Notes under the pieces: generated by a model
What the model was told of the DNA's origin: nothing
The model's input: the letters and a program-made list of their open reading frames with translations, nothing else
The model's database searches: none
NCBI GenBank assembly: GCA_039809385.1
Contig: JBDHUY010000001.1
Location: 32,001-96,000 of the forward strand
Direction of reading: 5' to 3'
DNA length: 64,000 nucleotides
Origin: Candidatus Altimarinota bacterium
GTDB lineage: Bacteria; Patescibacteriota; Gracilibacteria; JBDHUY01
Shown: in pieces, positions 1 through 8,920 of the stretch
Layout: each line of letters starts with the position of its first letter
Position numbering within the stretch: position 1 is the first letter of the stretch
Translations under genes and position numbers: made by a program

Positions 1-95
1 ATCGCCTCCGGATCGGCTTGCTGTATCAGCGCGGAGATGCGGGACAGTGTCGCTGCGCGCCAGTCGGACGGAATGGTTGTTGTAGCTTTTTTCAT
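1..95 (-). CDS. DUF1801/YdhG-like protein, N-terminal part (runs off window edge)
   Basis: ATG at 95 reads MKKATTTIPSDWRAATLSRISALIQQADPEA, matching the DWR..TL..I..LI..ADP start of YdhG/DUF1801 proteins. Not in the ORF track. Confidence 0.7.
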   Translation of the reverse strand, partial: MKKATTTIPSDWRAATLSRISALIQQADPEA

Positions 96-100
96 AGTTT

Positions 101-418
101 CTATGATTTCGATTTCTTGTTTCGTTTATCCAGTATTCCTCGCACCGACGGACTGATGGCTTTGTCTTTACGGTGAATACAGCCCAGCCAGCAGCACGGC
201 CGACGCATGCCTTCTTTGAGTTCCGATACAACCCGTCCGACGTGCTCGGCTCGTGTTTCCGCCTTCTTGGGGTACTCCACCCAGCAGATCCACTCGTTGC
301 GCGCGAGCGGTGTCAGGTCCTCCCATAGGACAAGAGCCGCTTTGTCAGAGGTTAATGCTTTTTGTAGATCGGCTGGCATGTTGTGCACCGTACCGGCTGA
401 AATGGATTTTGTAGTCAT
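101..418 (-). CDS. YdeI/OmpD-associated family protein
   Basis: PADLQKAL..WEDLTPLARNEWICWV..KKAETR..G.RRPCCW pattern. Confidence 0.85.
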   Translation of the reverse strand: MTTKSISAGTVHNMPADLQKALTSDKAALVLWEDLTPLARNEWICWVEYPKKAETRAEHVGRVVSELKEGMRRPCCWLGCIHRKDKAISPSVRGILDKRNKKSKS

Positions 419-564
419 ACCGTTAGTATAAAGTTTTTCTGGGTACAGTTAAACAGAAAATTTTTCTCGAAATTGTCTCAATACCTGCTTCAGAGTTATC
501 TCTGTGATCACACGTTGCTATTTGCTTTTATATGAAGGTCCCAACTCCATCGAGAAAACCAATG

Positions 565-592
565 GTTCAGGTTCTTTCAGAAATCTGAACCC
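565..592. repeat. REP-like imperfect palindrome
   Basis: GGTTCAGGTTCT-TTC-AGAAATCTGAACC, just past the stop of 618..1211. Confidence 0.5.
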
Positions 593-617
593 GCAGAGGG
601 GTCTTACTTATACGCAA

Positions 618-1211
618 TTATTTCAGCTTATGTTTTAGCCTCTCGTTCAAGCTATCTAAAATTCGAGGTCCAATATCGATTACCCATTGTGTCGCACGAT
701 GATCTAATTCCTCTCCATGTGCTGCCCTATTTAACGTTACAATCATATCAGCCAAAGCAGCCCGTTCTTGGTTTGAAATAATATCTTTTTGATGTAAGTC
801 ACGCATTAGGAAGGAGACCCCACCTTGTCTCTTTGAACTAATACCATTTTGTTCTGCAAGTGCACGGAGACTCTTTTCTATTTCAATTCGCAAAACTACT
901 AGAGCAAGGCTTGGGTCGGATTCTGCAAAATCTAGAAAAGCATATTCAGTTGTTATTTTTCTATTAGTTTCATTAATAAGACCTGCATTTTGGGCTTCCC
1001 GTTTTACACGCTCCAAATCTTGGAACTCAAGCTTTAGACCACCAGGAAATTCAAGGGATTTGAACAATGGTGCTAACCATGGCACTACTGCAACTATGAC
1101 CAAAGTTAAAGTGATTGCATCAATCTTGAGATCAGGCCAAATTATATGGACAGTAGCAATGGCTATTGCAGCAAGGGTGATTGATATTTGAACTTTTATA
1201 GCACTTTTCAT
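618..1211 (-). CDS. Membrane-anchored hypothetical protein (DUF4145/HEPN-like C-terminus)
   Basis: Two N-terminal hydrophobic helices, FKSLEFPGGLKLEF, and a C-terminal LNRAAHG (Rx4H-like) motif. AT-rich. Confidence 0.6.
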   Translation of the reverse strand: MKSAIKVQISITLAAIAIATVHIIWPDLKIDAITLTLVIVAVVPWLAPLFKSLEFPGGLKLEFQDLERVKREAQNAGLINETNRKITTEYAFLDFAESDPSLALVVLRIEIEKSLRALAEQNGISSKRQGGVSFLMRDLHQKDIISNQERAALADMIVTLNRAAHGEELDHRATQWVIDIGPRILDSLNERLKHKLK

Positions 1212-1349
1212 CTAAACCAGATTTTATTAAGGCTAAAAAATTTACGCTAACTCATTTTTCATGCGAAGTATATTCGTAATACCCCATATCTGTCCAACCG
1301 ATAGGCGGAAAACGTATCAAAAAAGTATGATTTCAAGTTTTTCTTTTTA

Positions 1350-1996
1350 CTATTCAGTCTCCGCCTCCCACGCTTGCAACGGTGGCCCACCACGGTTGTA
1401 GGCGGTTTCATCAATAACTGCTAAGTAATCAAAGTCGGTAAAACTCTGCGCCGTGAGCGGAAAGTAGGTCGGGTTCTTCTGGCTGCCCGAGCGAATGGGA
1501 AGAGTGGCAATTTCGGAAGCAGCCAATCTTTTTCCCTGATAGGTAGGAATAAATCGGATTGGCCCTGGTGTTGCCGTCAATTGAGCTTCCAGCGTTCCGG
1601 CTTCGGGCGTCCCGATGCCATTGTCATCCGAAGTACCGAGGGCAGTACCGATTACAGCATACCGTTTTCCCAGCATTTCATGCAGCTGCGATCCAGCCGG
1701 CCACCACGTTATCAGTTCGTGGCCCAGTTGCCATTGAGCCTTTCCTTTTTTCAGATGACTGTTGTGCGCAAAAGCAAAAACTTTTCCTCTCTCCTGCTCG
1801 CGGGACACGATGTAGAGGAGATTATCCGCCTGCAGCATATCGCGAATCCCCAGGCGCTCGGCATAGGTAGTCGTTTTAGCCATCGAAGCGTGGAAGTCGA
1901 GGAGTCCCCGCGCGACTCTCGCATATTGCAGGGCCTCCGAAAAACGATCCCGACCGGTCTGGGCGATCAGCTCGGGACGACGGATCTCCAATTCCT
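1350..1996 (-). pseudogene. Erythromycin esterase (Ere)-like gene, 3' half only
   Basis: RD.LQADNL..I...E..RGKVFAFAHNSHL and G..L...LG.RYAVIG motifs. The homology begins exactly at the edge of the 97-bp repeat, and the ORF-track start (2027) lies inside that repeat. Confidence 0.75.
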
Positions 1997-2093
1997 CCTC
2001 TGGTTCCAAGTTGCACTTGGAACCCAACTGTTATGCGCATAACCACCGTTTGTGTGCCAAAACATCGCAGTTCCAGGTACAACCTGGAACTAG
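1997..2093. repeat. REPIN-like element, copy 1
   Basis: GGTTCCAAGTTGCACTTGGAACC ... GTTATGCGCATAAC ... AGTTCCAGGTACAACCTGGAACT: two inverted REP-like hairpins around a central palindrome. Near-identical to copies 2 and 3. Confidence 0.9.
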
Positions 2094-2146
2094 TATCAAG
2101 TAGTTTTGATTTGATATTAATTCGAACGAATAAACTGAGCTCTTTC

Positions 2147-2677
2147 TCACCTTACAAGACCATGAGCGATTTGCAATACCTGATTAGCAACTTCATTGAC
2201 TGGTCTATTTGTATCGACGGGAATTGCGCCCATTGCAAGCATCTCCTCCGCATAGGTTTCCGCACGTTTGATAATTTGCTGCATAACGTTTTTGTCCTTC
2301 CCGAAACTGTTATCGGTTCGGTCCTCGATCCGTTTGGTAAAAACAGCTGGGCTGCATTGAAGTAATATAATCTTATCGAAGAGAGGAAGTACCTCTGTTT
2401 CGTTAGTAGCCATCCCAAGTACAAAACCAATCGTATCTTGTGTATTAAGTAAGCGTTTCAGATAATCAACATCACACACCCAGTCATGTGCATCCACAAA
2501 TTCCTTGGTCATTTCAGCATCTTTACCGCCGTGCTTTTCTCCGGTCTTCTGATGAACCCATGAGCAGAGTCCATCAACCTCATCGATACTAATCGCGAGG
2601 TAACCTAGTCTGGTTAGCTCGTCTGCTAGAGTCGTTTTGCCAGTGCCAGAGACACCGGTAATGTAAATTTTTATCAT
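2147..2677 (-). CDS. AAA-family P-loop nucleoside/shikimate kinase-like protein
   Basis: N-terminal ITGVSGTGKTT Walker A motif and R...RTDNSFGK lid. Confidence 0.8.
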   Translation of the reverse strand: MIKIYITGVSGTGKTTLADELTRLGYLAISIDEVDGLCSWVHQKTGEKHGGKDAEMTKEFVDAHDWVCDVDYLKRLLNTQDTIGFVLGMATNETEVLPLFDKIILLQCSPAVFTKRIEDRTDNSFGKDKNVMQQIIKRAETYAEEMLAMGAIPVDTNRPVNEVANQVLQIAHGLVR

Positions 2678-2691
2678 GGATTTTTCTCGAG

Positions 2692-2774
2692 TTATGGGAA
2701 GGGATTTCGAGCCAATTTTATTTTGGTTTCTCGTATGGCCGCTTCAAGTATACCGATGTTTATATCTTTAACCT
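2692..2774 (-). pseudogene. 3' remnant of a probable DUF1801-type gene
   Basis: Reads VKDINIGILEAAIRETKIKLARNPFP* starting at the edge of repeat copy 2. Resembles DUF1801 C-termini (DINI.ILEAAIR). Confidence 0.5.
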
Positions 2775-2869
2775 CTCCGGTTCCAAGTTGCACTTGGAAC
2801 CCAACTGTTATGTGCATAACCACCGTTTAAGTGCCAAACATCGCAGTTCCAGGTACAACCTGGAACTAG
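2775..2869. repeat. REPIN-like element, copy 2
   Basis: Same sequence as 1997-2093 with a few substitutions (centre GTTATGTGCATAAC). Confidence 0.9.
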
Positions 2870-2886
2870 CCTAAAATATCCAAAAA

Positions 2887-3630
2887 TCAATTTATGATTT
2901 CTCCTTTGTTGTTTGCTAGCCGTTCCCGCCATTTTTGGCGTTCCTCGGGCGTAATTTTGACCCAATCGGTTGCTTCGCCGACGATCTTCAACGGTGCTTG
3001 CGAGCGATACGAGCGGGTCGGGTTTCCGGGAAAGTATTTGTTCGTCACGTTTGGATCATTTTCAAAACTATCTGTCGGCTCAACGATATACACACGTTCC
3101 GGCCCATCGCCCTTTGCCAACGCAGCAGCCAGTCCCGCCCCATTCACTTGGGCGGTAAAATAAATGTGATTCATCTTGAGGTCTGACTGGTAATTAGAAC
3201 TGCCCCCGGCTGTCAACAAATCTCCGACTTCCAAATCTGCCTTTGTTCCATGATAAAAAGGGCCTTGGTCGGAAGGGGTATCCTGAAACGAAGTGGCTAA
3301 GGAAGAATATCTTTTCGCTTTATCGGGATCACCCAGTTCTGCATAGCAGGTGGAGATGTCTGAATAAAGAGGAGGGAAAGCGCTTTGTACCGTGGAGTCA
3401 TTTATGTTTAATCCAAGCTGGAGAGTCGTCTCGAGCCATTGCAATCGGTCGGAAACATCGTTTTGAGATCGGGCGACATGATAGGCCGTAATGAATTTTT
3501 CAAAGTCGTAGGTCGCTTCATGCCAGGCTTGAAGAAACACCTTGCCCGCTTCTGCGGGTTTCCCTTGTTTTTCAATGGCTATGCCCTGAAGACAGAGTTG
3601 AACGATATGGTTGTTGGGGCTGAATTCCAT
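2887..3630 (-). CDS. arr: Rifampin ADP-ribosyltransferase with N-terminal TPR-like helical domain
   Basis: GPFYHGTKADL..GDLL, MNHIYFT and EPT..FENDPNVT.K.FPGNPTRSYRS..PL are Arr signatures. Likely start is MEFSP (3630). Confidence 0.9.
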   Translation of the reverse strand: MEFSPNNHIVQLCLQGIAIEKQGKPAEAGKVFLQAWHEATYDFEKFITAYHVARSQNDVSDRLQWLETTLQLGLNINDSTVQSAFPPLYSDISTCYAELGDPDKAKRYSSLATSFQDTPSDQGPFYHGTKADLEVGDLLTAGGSSNYQSDLKMNHIYFTAQVNGAGLAAALAKGDGPERVYIVEPTDSFENDPNVTNKYFPGNPTRSYRSQAPLKIVGEATDWVKITPEERQKWRERLANNKGEIIN

Positions 3631-3693
3631 GTTCTCAATGGATATGGGTAACAAGTTTTTCTGTGGGGCAGATTCTTTGATGTAAGGATTTCT

Positions 3694-4167
3694 TTACACA
3701 TCAGTTCCTGCCGTATTACCAAGTTCTTCGGCCAGCCCGATGAGAATGCCTTCTGGCCCACGGATATAGCAGAGCCGATAGATATCTTGGTAATTGACGA
3801 CTTCCCCAACCAGTTGGGCACCGTGTTTGCGGAGCCGGGCGAGGGTATCGTCGATATCCTCCACGGTGAACATGACACGTAGGTAGCCCAAAGCGTTCAC
3901 CGGGGCATGGCGGTGGTCAGAGATTACAGACGGAGCAAGGAATCGGGACAATTCAAGCCGGCTATGGCCGTCCGGGGTGATCATCATGGCAATCTCGACG
4001 CGCTGGTCGCCCAGTCCGGTGACGCGACCGGCCCATTCTCCTTCTACCATGGCTCGTCCTTCAAGCTTCAGCCCAAGCTCGGTGAAAAAAGAAATAGCCT
4101 GATCGAGATCTTCTACCACGATGCCGACGTTGTCCATCCTCTTCAGATTGGCTTCTCTTGACCTCAT
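3694..4167 (-). CDS. VOC/glyoxalase/bleomycin-resistance family protein
   Basis: LKRMDNVGIVV..L..AI.FF.ELGL ... YRLCYIRGPEGILIGLAEEL. Confidence 0.9.
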   Translation of the reverse strand: MRSREANLKRMDNVGIVVEDLDQAISFFTELGLKLEGRAMVEGEWAGRVTGLGDQRVEIAMMITPDGHSRLELSRFLAPSVISDHRHAPVNALGYLRVMFTVEDIDDTLARLRKHGAQLVGEVVNYQDIYRLCYIRGPEGILIGLAEELGNTAGTDV

Positions 4168-4177
4168 ATAGTTGTGC

Positions 4178-4265
4178 TTATTTGAATAAACTTTCAGCGA
4201 AAACACCCAACGCCGTAACGATTTTCACTACAACTTGGACACTCGCCTTCTTTTCTGGCGGTATA
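4178..4265 (-). pseudogene. 3' remnant of an XRE-family HTH gene
   Basis: Reads IPPEKKASVQVVVKIVTALGVFAESLFK* from the edge of repeat copy 3, resembling HTH_3 C-termini (PS.Q...KIA.ALGVS.E.L.K). Confidence 0.5.
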
Positions 4266-4362
4266 CCTCTGGTTCCAAGTTGCACTTGGAACCCAACTGT
4301 TATACACATAATCACCGTTTACGTGCTAAAACATCGTAGTTCCAGGTACAATCTGGAACTAG
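4266..4362. repeat. REPIN-like element, copy 3
   Basis: Same element, slightly more diverged (centre GTTATACACATAAT). Confidence 0.9.
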
Positions 4363-4391
4363 CATGAGCGATATCAAATCTTGCTTTATCT

Positions 4392-4814
4392 TTATGCTGG
4401 ATTGAATTCGACCGTCCACTCGATACCGTACTTGTCCCGAAACATGGCAAAGTAGGTACCCCACGGACTTTCCGCCATGGGCATTTCAACTGTCCCGCCC
4501 GCTGAGAGTCCGTTGAAAATCCTGTCTGCTTCTTCTTTGCTTTCTGCAGTAACGGCGATCTTGGATCTATTTTCGTTCTCGCTTACTCGTCCCATGCTCT
4601 CCGGAACGTCATTTGCGATAAGTAGGTTGTTGCCGATAGGCAGCGCAATGCGCAGTATTTTATTGGCTTCATTTTCGGGTACCGGAAACTCGGCGTTTGT
4701 GATGTCTTTGAAACGGGTAATACCGGCGAATTCGCCGCCGAAAACGGATTTGTAAAACGTAAACGCTTCTTCGGCATTTCCGTTGAAGTTAATGTAAGGG
4801 TTTATGGTTGTCAT
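4392..4814 (-). CDS. VOC family protein, PhnB/YjdN type
   Basis: INPYINFNGNAEEAF.FYKSVFGGE ... LSAGGTVEMP...SPWG.YF.MF.DKYGIEW. Confidence 0.9.
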   Translation of the reverse strand: MTTINPYINFNGNAEEAFTFYKSVFGGEFAGITRFKDITNAEFPVPENEANKILRIALPIGNNLLIANDVPESMGRVSENENRSKIAVTAESKEEADRIFNGLSAGGTVEMPMAESPWGTYFAMFRDKYGIEWTVEFNPA

Positions 4815-4889
4815 AATGAGTTTGGTTAATTCATACTACGTACTCTAGCAATTCCTATGGTCGATTTCAATTTTTCGTTTTATTTCAGA

Positions 4890-5477
4890 TTATTTTGATC
4901 CAATCGGTATTGTCACAATTCTCTCAAAATAGAATTCGTCATTCGGGACGGCATACTCAATCGAACCACATTGAAATGCACCTTCCGGAACGCTCCCTTG
5001 CAACTCTTTCAGCAACTCCGTTGTGCGTTCTACCGTAATAAACTCTGCGATAGTCATGTGCGGCGCACGATCTTTTCGTGTCAACGGATTGCCCCTAAAC
5101 AGCGAAGTCGAGTGAATTACATGACGCAGGTCAAAGAACTCTTTTTCGGGAGTAATGGTATAACAAACTCCGGGATAAGGAGGGAAACTTCGCAACGGTC
5201 CATATTGTATTTCAAATGGTTGGACACGAGACAAAGCTTCTTTCAATTCTACAAGTTGTTCATCGGTCAATGGGCCGGTGAGAGGTTCGCTCAAACTAAT
5301 GTGTGCCTGGCAATAATCGGCAGATGTTGGGTCGAACTCCCGCCTCAATTCGTCTACGGGTTCGACAACCCCGTTGGGGGGAAAAATATAAAAGGCGCCG
5401 TATCGATACTCAAATTGCCACTCTTCCCAATTCTCAGTGTTCTGCTCGTATTCAATCTTGTGAAAATTATTCATCAT
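4890..5477 (-). CDS. 2H phosphoesterase / 2'-5' RNA ligase family protein
   Basis: Two Hx(S/T) motifs: AHISL and PHMTI. Confidence 0.8.
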   Translation of the reverse strand: MMNNFHKIEYEQNTENWEEWQFEYRYGAFYIFPPNGVVEPVDELRREFDPTSADYCQAHISLSEPLTGPLTDEQLVELKEALSRVQPFEIQYGPLRSFPPYPGVCYTITPEKEFFDLRHVIHSTSLFRGNPLTRKDRAPHMTIAEFITVERTTELLKELQGSVPEGAFQCGSIEYAVPNDEFYFERIVTIPIGSK

Positions 5478-5556
5478 ATGATTAGGGCAAGAGTTCTTCG
5501 ATAAAAACAGATTGAATTTTTCGACAAAGAATGGCTGGCGAGCCGGGGCGGGGTGG

Positions 5557-5583
5557 CAAGACCGGTGCCATCAGCCACTCGAC
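5557..5583 (-). pseudogene. Duplicated 5' fragment of tRNA-Ser (D-arm to anticodon loop)
   Basis: GTCGAGTGGCTGATGGCACCGGTCTTG versus tRNA GCCGAGTGGTTGATGGCACCGGTCTTG (2 mismatches in 27 nt). Confidence 0.8.
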
Positions 5584-5590
5584 TTCTTGC

Positions 5591-5678
5591 TGGCGGAGAG
5601 GACAGGATTCGAACCTGCGGTACCTTGCGGTACTCCGGTTTTCAAGACCGGTGCCATCAACCACTCGGCCACCTCTCC
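5591..5678 (-). tRNA. tRNA-Ser(TGA)
   Basis: GGAGAGG acceptor stem, CCGGT-CT-TGA-AA-ACCGG anticodon arm, long variable arm GTACC-GCAA-GGTAC, GGTTCGAATCC T-arm, encoded CCA. Confidence 0.97.
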
Positions 5679-5727
5679 CCACACAACAAACCAGTAGTTT
5701 CAAGTATAAAGCATACCAACGGTTTGT

Positions 5728-6447
5728 CTAGCGGGAAACATCGGAATCAGAAGCCACTTGCAATAATGGAATAATAACGGACAAAACCGATGGGTCGTTG
5801 CCGATGAAATCGCGCAGCGCCTCGTTCATGTTTGGCAATGTCACAACATGAAAATATAACGTACGTAACAAATGGATGGTGCCGAGCATGACCACCAGGG
5901 AAGGCATTGTATGCGATACGGCGTTAGAGAATTCCTCGCCGGATACCTCAATGAAAAGAACACAGGCAACCATGTGCATAAATCCAAGAGACAAATTTCC
6001 CACCTTACACCAATAATTCGCGGCAACCTCAAAGCCGTATTCCGCGCAAAAACGTACAAAAGATTCATCGTGAAAACGCAAATTCTGATAGATACGCTTA
6101 TATACCTCCAGGCGATCAACCTTCCCATTCAGATAATATGGCAGTTCGTTCAAAACCGCTTGGACTTGTTTAGTATACAGAGACTCGGCATGCCGCAGAT
6201 ATGAAACTCGAACTTCTGAAATCCGGCCAGAAGTACAGGAGATGTGTTGAAGAAGAGTCACAAAACGATTCCGCAGGGAAAAGAAGAGAGGCAAAAGATC
6301 CGCTTTTCGGGTTAACAAAGATTCGCGAGCTAGAACCGAAGCAAAACGTCCTTCAAACAATGCCGCGTGTGAAGAGAGATCCTCTACCACCCGGAGGTCA
6401 TCGTCAGATTCCGAAAAACGTTCGGGCGACAAGACCGGAAAATCCAT
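5728..6447 (-). CDS. Hypothetical protein with two C-terminal TM helices
   Basis: 239-aa ORF from MDFPVLSP, divergent from lysS. No recognised motif. Confidence 0.6.
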   Translation of the reverse strand: MDFPVLSPERFSESDDDLRVVEDLSSHAALFEGRFASVLARESLLTRKADLLPLFFSLRNRFVTLLQHISCTSGRISEVRVSYLRHAESLYTKQVQAVLNELPYYLNGKVDRLEVYKRIYQNLRFHDESFVRFCAEYGFEVAANYWCKVGNLSLGFMHMVACVLFIEVSGEEFSNAVSHTMPSLVVMLGTIHLLRTLYFHVVTLPNMNEALRDFIGNDPSVLSVIIPLLQVASDSDVSR

Positions 6448-6599
6448 AGACAAATGATATGGTACGGCAAGAGTGTACTGTACCCAAAAAATTCCGTGAA
6501 GCGAAAAATCAGCAAAATTGCTCGCCTTGGGGCAAAAAATATTTATAATAAGACCGATTTGGTTCCCGTTTATTTTCACGATTATCTTTAAAAAACTGT

Positions 6600-8090
6600 A
6601 TGACCACCGACCGAGACGAACGCAGCGTGCGCATCGCAAAAATGCAGAAACTGCGCGAAAACGGCATCAATCCCTATCCGGAAAAATTCGATAAAACGCA
6701 TACGTTAGCCGAGTGTCCGGGACTTCCCGAAGGCACTCCCGTCAAAATCGCCGGACGGATCGTGTTATCGCGGGACATGGGCAAAATCATCTTTGCCCAT
6801 CTGCTCGACGAAACCGGCAAACTACAGATCGCCCTCAGCATCGACCACAGCGGTCAGGAACAGCTGGATTTTTTTCTGACCTACTTCGATCTGGGCGATT
6901 TCATCGGGGTCGAGGGCGAACGATTCACCACCAAAAAAGGCGAAGCCTCGATTCTGGTAAAAAAAGTAACTTTTCTGGGAAAAGCGCTGCGTCCGCTTCC
7001 CGAGAAATTTCACGGCCTGCAGGATAAAGAAACCAAATATCGCCAGCGGTATCTTGATTTGATCACCGACGACGAAACCCGCCGGCGGTTTCAGTTTCGC
7101 GGCCGCTTTATCAAAGCGCTGCGCGATTTCTACGAACAGGAAGGTTTTGTGGAAGTAGAAACCAGCATCTTGTGCAACTCCCCTAGCGGTGCTCTTGCCA
7201 AGCCGTTTTCCACGCATCATAACAGTCTCGATCTGGATGTTTTCTTACGCATTGCCCTGGAAATCCCGCTGAAAGAACTCGTGATCGGCGGTTACGAAAA
7301 AGTCTTCGAGATTGGTAAATGTTTCCGCAACGAAGGCATGGATCCCTCGCATCTGCAGGAGTTTACCATGCTGGAACACTATGCGGCCTACTGGAACTAT
7401 GAAGATAACATGCGTTTTACCGAAAAGATGTTCGCCTACCTGCTCGAGAAAGTGACCGGGAGTCTAAAAGTGATGATCCCCGATCACGACGGCAATCTGA
7501 AAGAGGTCGATTTTACGCCCCCCTGGCCGATCGTGACTATGCGCGATCTGATCAAAACCGATAGCGGTATCGATATCAACGAGATCGAGAATGTCGAAGC
7601 GCTGCGAAGGGTTATCCGGGAAAAAGGGATCGACGTGGAAGAGATGGGAAACCTGGAATACGGCAACCTGGTCGACAGTTTGTACAAAAAAGTTTCGCGC
7701 CCCAAACTGGTCGGGCCTATGTTTATGATCGGGCATCCGATCGAGCTCTCGCCCTTGGCACGCAAAAATGATGATAATCCGCGCATCGTAGACCGTTTTC
7801 AACTCGTGGTGAACGGCTGGGAGATCGTGAATGCGTACAGCGAGCTGGTCGATCCGATCGACCAGGAAGAGCGTTTTGACCAGCAGTCTAAGGCCCGCGA
7901 AGGCGGCGACGCCGAAGCGCATGTCAAAGATAGTGACTACGTCAAAGCGATGGAATACGGTATGCCACCGATCTCTGGCTGGGGCATGGGCATCGACCGG
8001 ATCGTAGCACTGCTGACCCAGCAGGGAAATTTGCGCGATGTGGTTCTGTTTCCGCTGCTGAGACCGTTACAGGAAGAAGAGGAGGGATAA
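6600..8090 (+). CDS. lysS: Lysine--tRNA ligase (class II)
   Basis: KALRPLPEKFHGL.D.E.KYRQRYLDL, FRNEGMD..H..EFTMLE, YGMPP.SG.G.GIDR. Confidence 0.98.
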   Translation: MTTDRDERSVRIAKMQKLRENGINPYPEKFDKTHTLAECPGLPEGTPVKIAGRIVLSRDMGKIIFAHLLDETGKLQIALSIDHSGQEQLDFFLTYFDLGDFIGVEGERFTTKKGEASILVKKVTFLGKALRPLPEKFHGLQDKETKYRQRYLDLITDDETRRRFQFRGRFIKALRDFYEQEGFVEVETSILCNSPSGALAKPFSTHHNSLDLDVFLRIALEIPLKELVIGGYEKVFEIGKCFRNEGMDPSHLQEFTMLEHYAAYWNYEDNMRFTEKMFAYLLEKVTGSLKVMIPDHDGNLKEVDFTPPWPIVTMRDLIKTDSGIDINEIENVEALRRVIREKGIDVEEMGNLEYGNLVDSLYKKVSRPKLVGPMFMIGHPIELSPLARKNDDNPRIVDRFQLVVNGWEIVNAYSELVDPIDQEERFDQQSKAREGGDAEAHVKDSDYVKAMEYGMPPISGWGMGIDRIVALLTQQGNLRDVVLFPLLRPLQEEEEG

Positions 8091-8123
8091 CAATGTTTCT
8101 ATTGATTGATTTAATGAAATGAT

Positions 8124-8153
8124 GAGAGAGCAGGTTTTTGAAAACCTGTTCTC
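8124..8153. terminator. Hairpin after lysS
   Basis: AGAGAGCAGGTTTT-TG-AAAACCTGTTCTCT. Confidence 0.55.
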
Positions 8154-8309
8154 TGCATTTACTAGACCGGGAGTTCTACTACTTGCGCTGAACAATCTTA
8201 TAGACACTCTAGCTCTCGATCCGAATCCAATTTTTTGTAAGGAAAAGAGGAGCAACTAACGTGTGTAGTGCTCCTCAGTTTATCATCTCAGTGAGGATAG
8301 TTTACTTTT

Positions 8310-8711
8310 TTATAGGAATTTGGGGCGAAGAGTAGCTACTGGAGTATTTAAGTAGCTTATTAGCTCATCAACGGTACCAACAGGGATGTCAGCATATTCG
8401 ATGTTTATTATAAAGGGCCTAGAGTCAGTAACGTTTACAAGGAAAACGTTACTTGTAGTTAGCTGAAAGTCATTATCTTCTTGTACGTTATTAGTTAGGG
8501 ATTGAACCTGTGCTATGGACAAATCATATGGCTCCAAAGTTATCCTAGGACAACTTGTAGAAGTTCCTTTAAAGGAAATTACAAAAAGGTTTCCTCCTAC
8601 ATCAAATCTCGCTTCGGTCAAAACCAAATTGAGATTGTGATATTTGATATTCAGAATTTGTCGCAAAGCATTTAAGACATGTGCACAAACAATAAACATG
8701 AGACTCTCCAT
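8310..8711 (-). CDS. Hypothetical protein (AT-rich orphan)
   Basis: 133-aa ORF with no recognised motif. Confidence 0.45.
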   Translation of the reverse strand: MESLMFIVCAHVLNALRQILNIKYHNLNLVLTEARFDVGGNLFVISFKGTSTSCPRITLEPYDLSIAQVQSLTNNVQEDNDFQLTTSNVFLVNVTDSRPFIINIEYADIPVGTVDELISYLNTPVATLRPKFL

Positions 8712-8920
8712 ATTTTTTTAAAGTATTATCTCCTCATAGGGAGATGACCCCAGTACAAAAGTAAGCTGCCAGATTAAGGATACTCAATCGACAACAGACA
8801 GAAATTATACCGGGATAACTCCCTATGCTGAAACCAATTGTCAAAGAACGACAGATATATATCTGCTGTAGTATTCCCTACAGTATCTCCGTAGCAAATA
8901 GGCTAGCCTTCAATATCGAC

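Noticed and set aside
1997-4362. CRISPR array from the three repeats
   Set aside because: The repeats are about 97 bp with 0.7-1.4 kb gene-containing spacers, and there are no cas genes.
1-5680. Canonical integron
   Set aside because: No IntI in the window. The repeats lack the RYYYAAC...GTTRRRY terminal arrangement, and the units start with gene stubs.
5482-5774. Short ORFs overlapping the tRNA
   Set aside because: They are spurious translations of tRNA-Ser.
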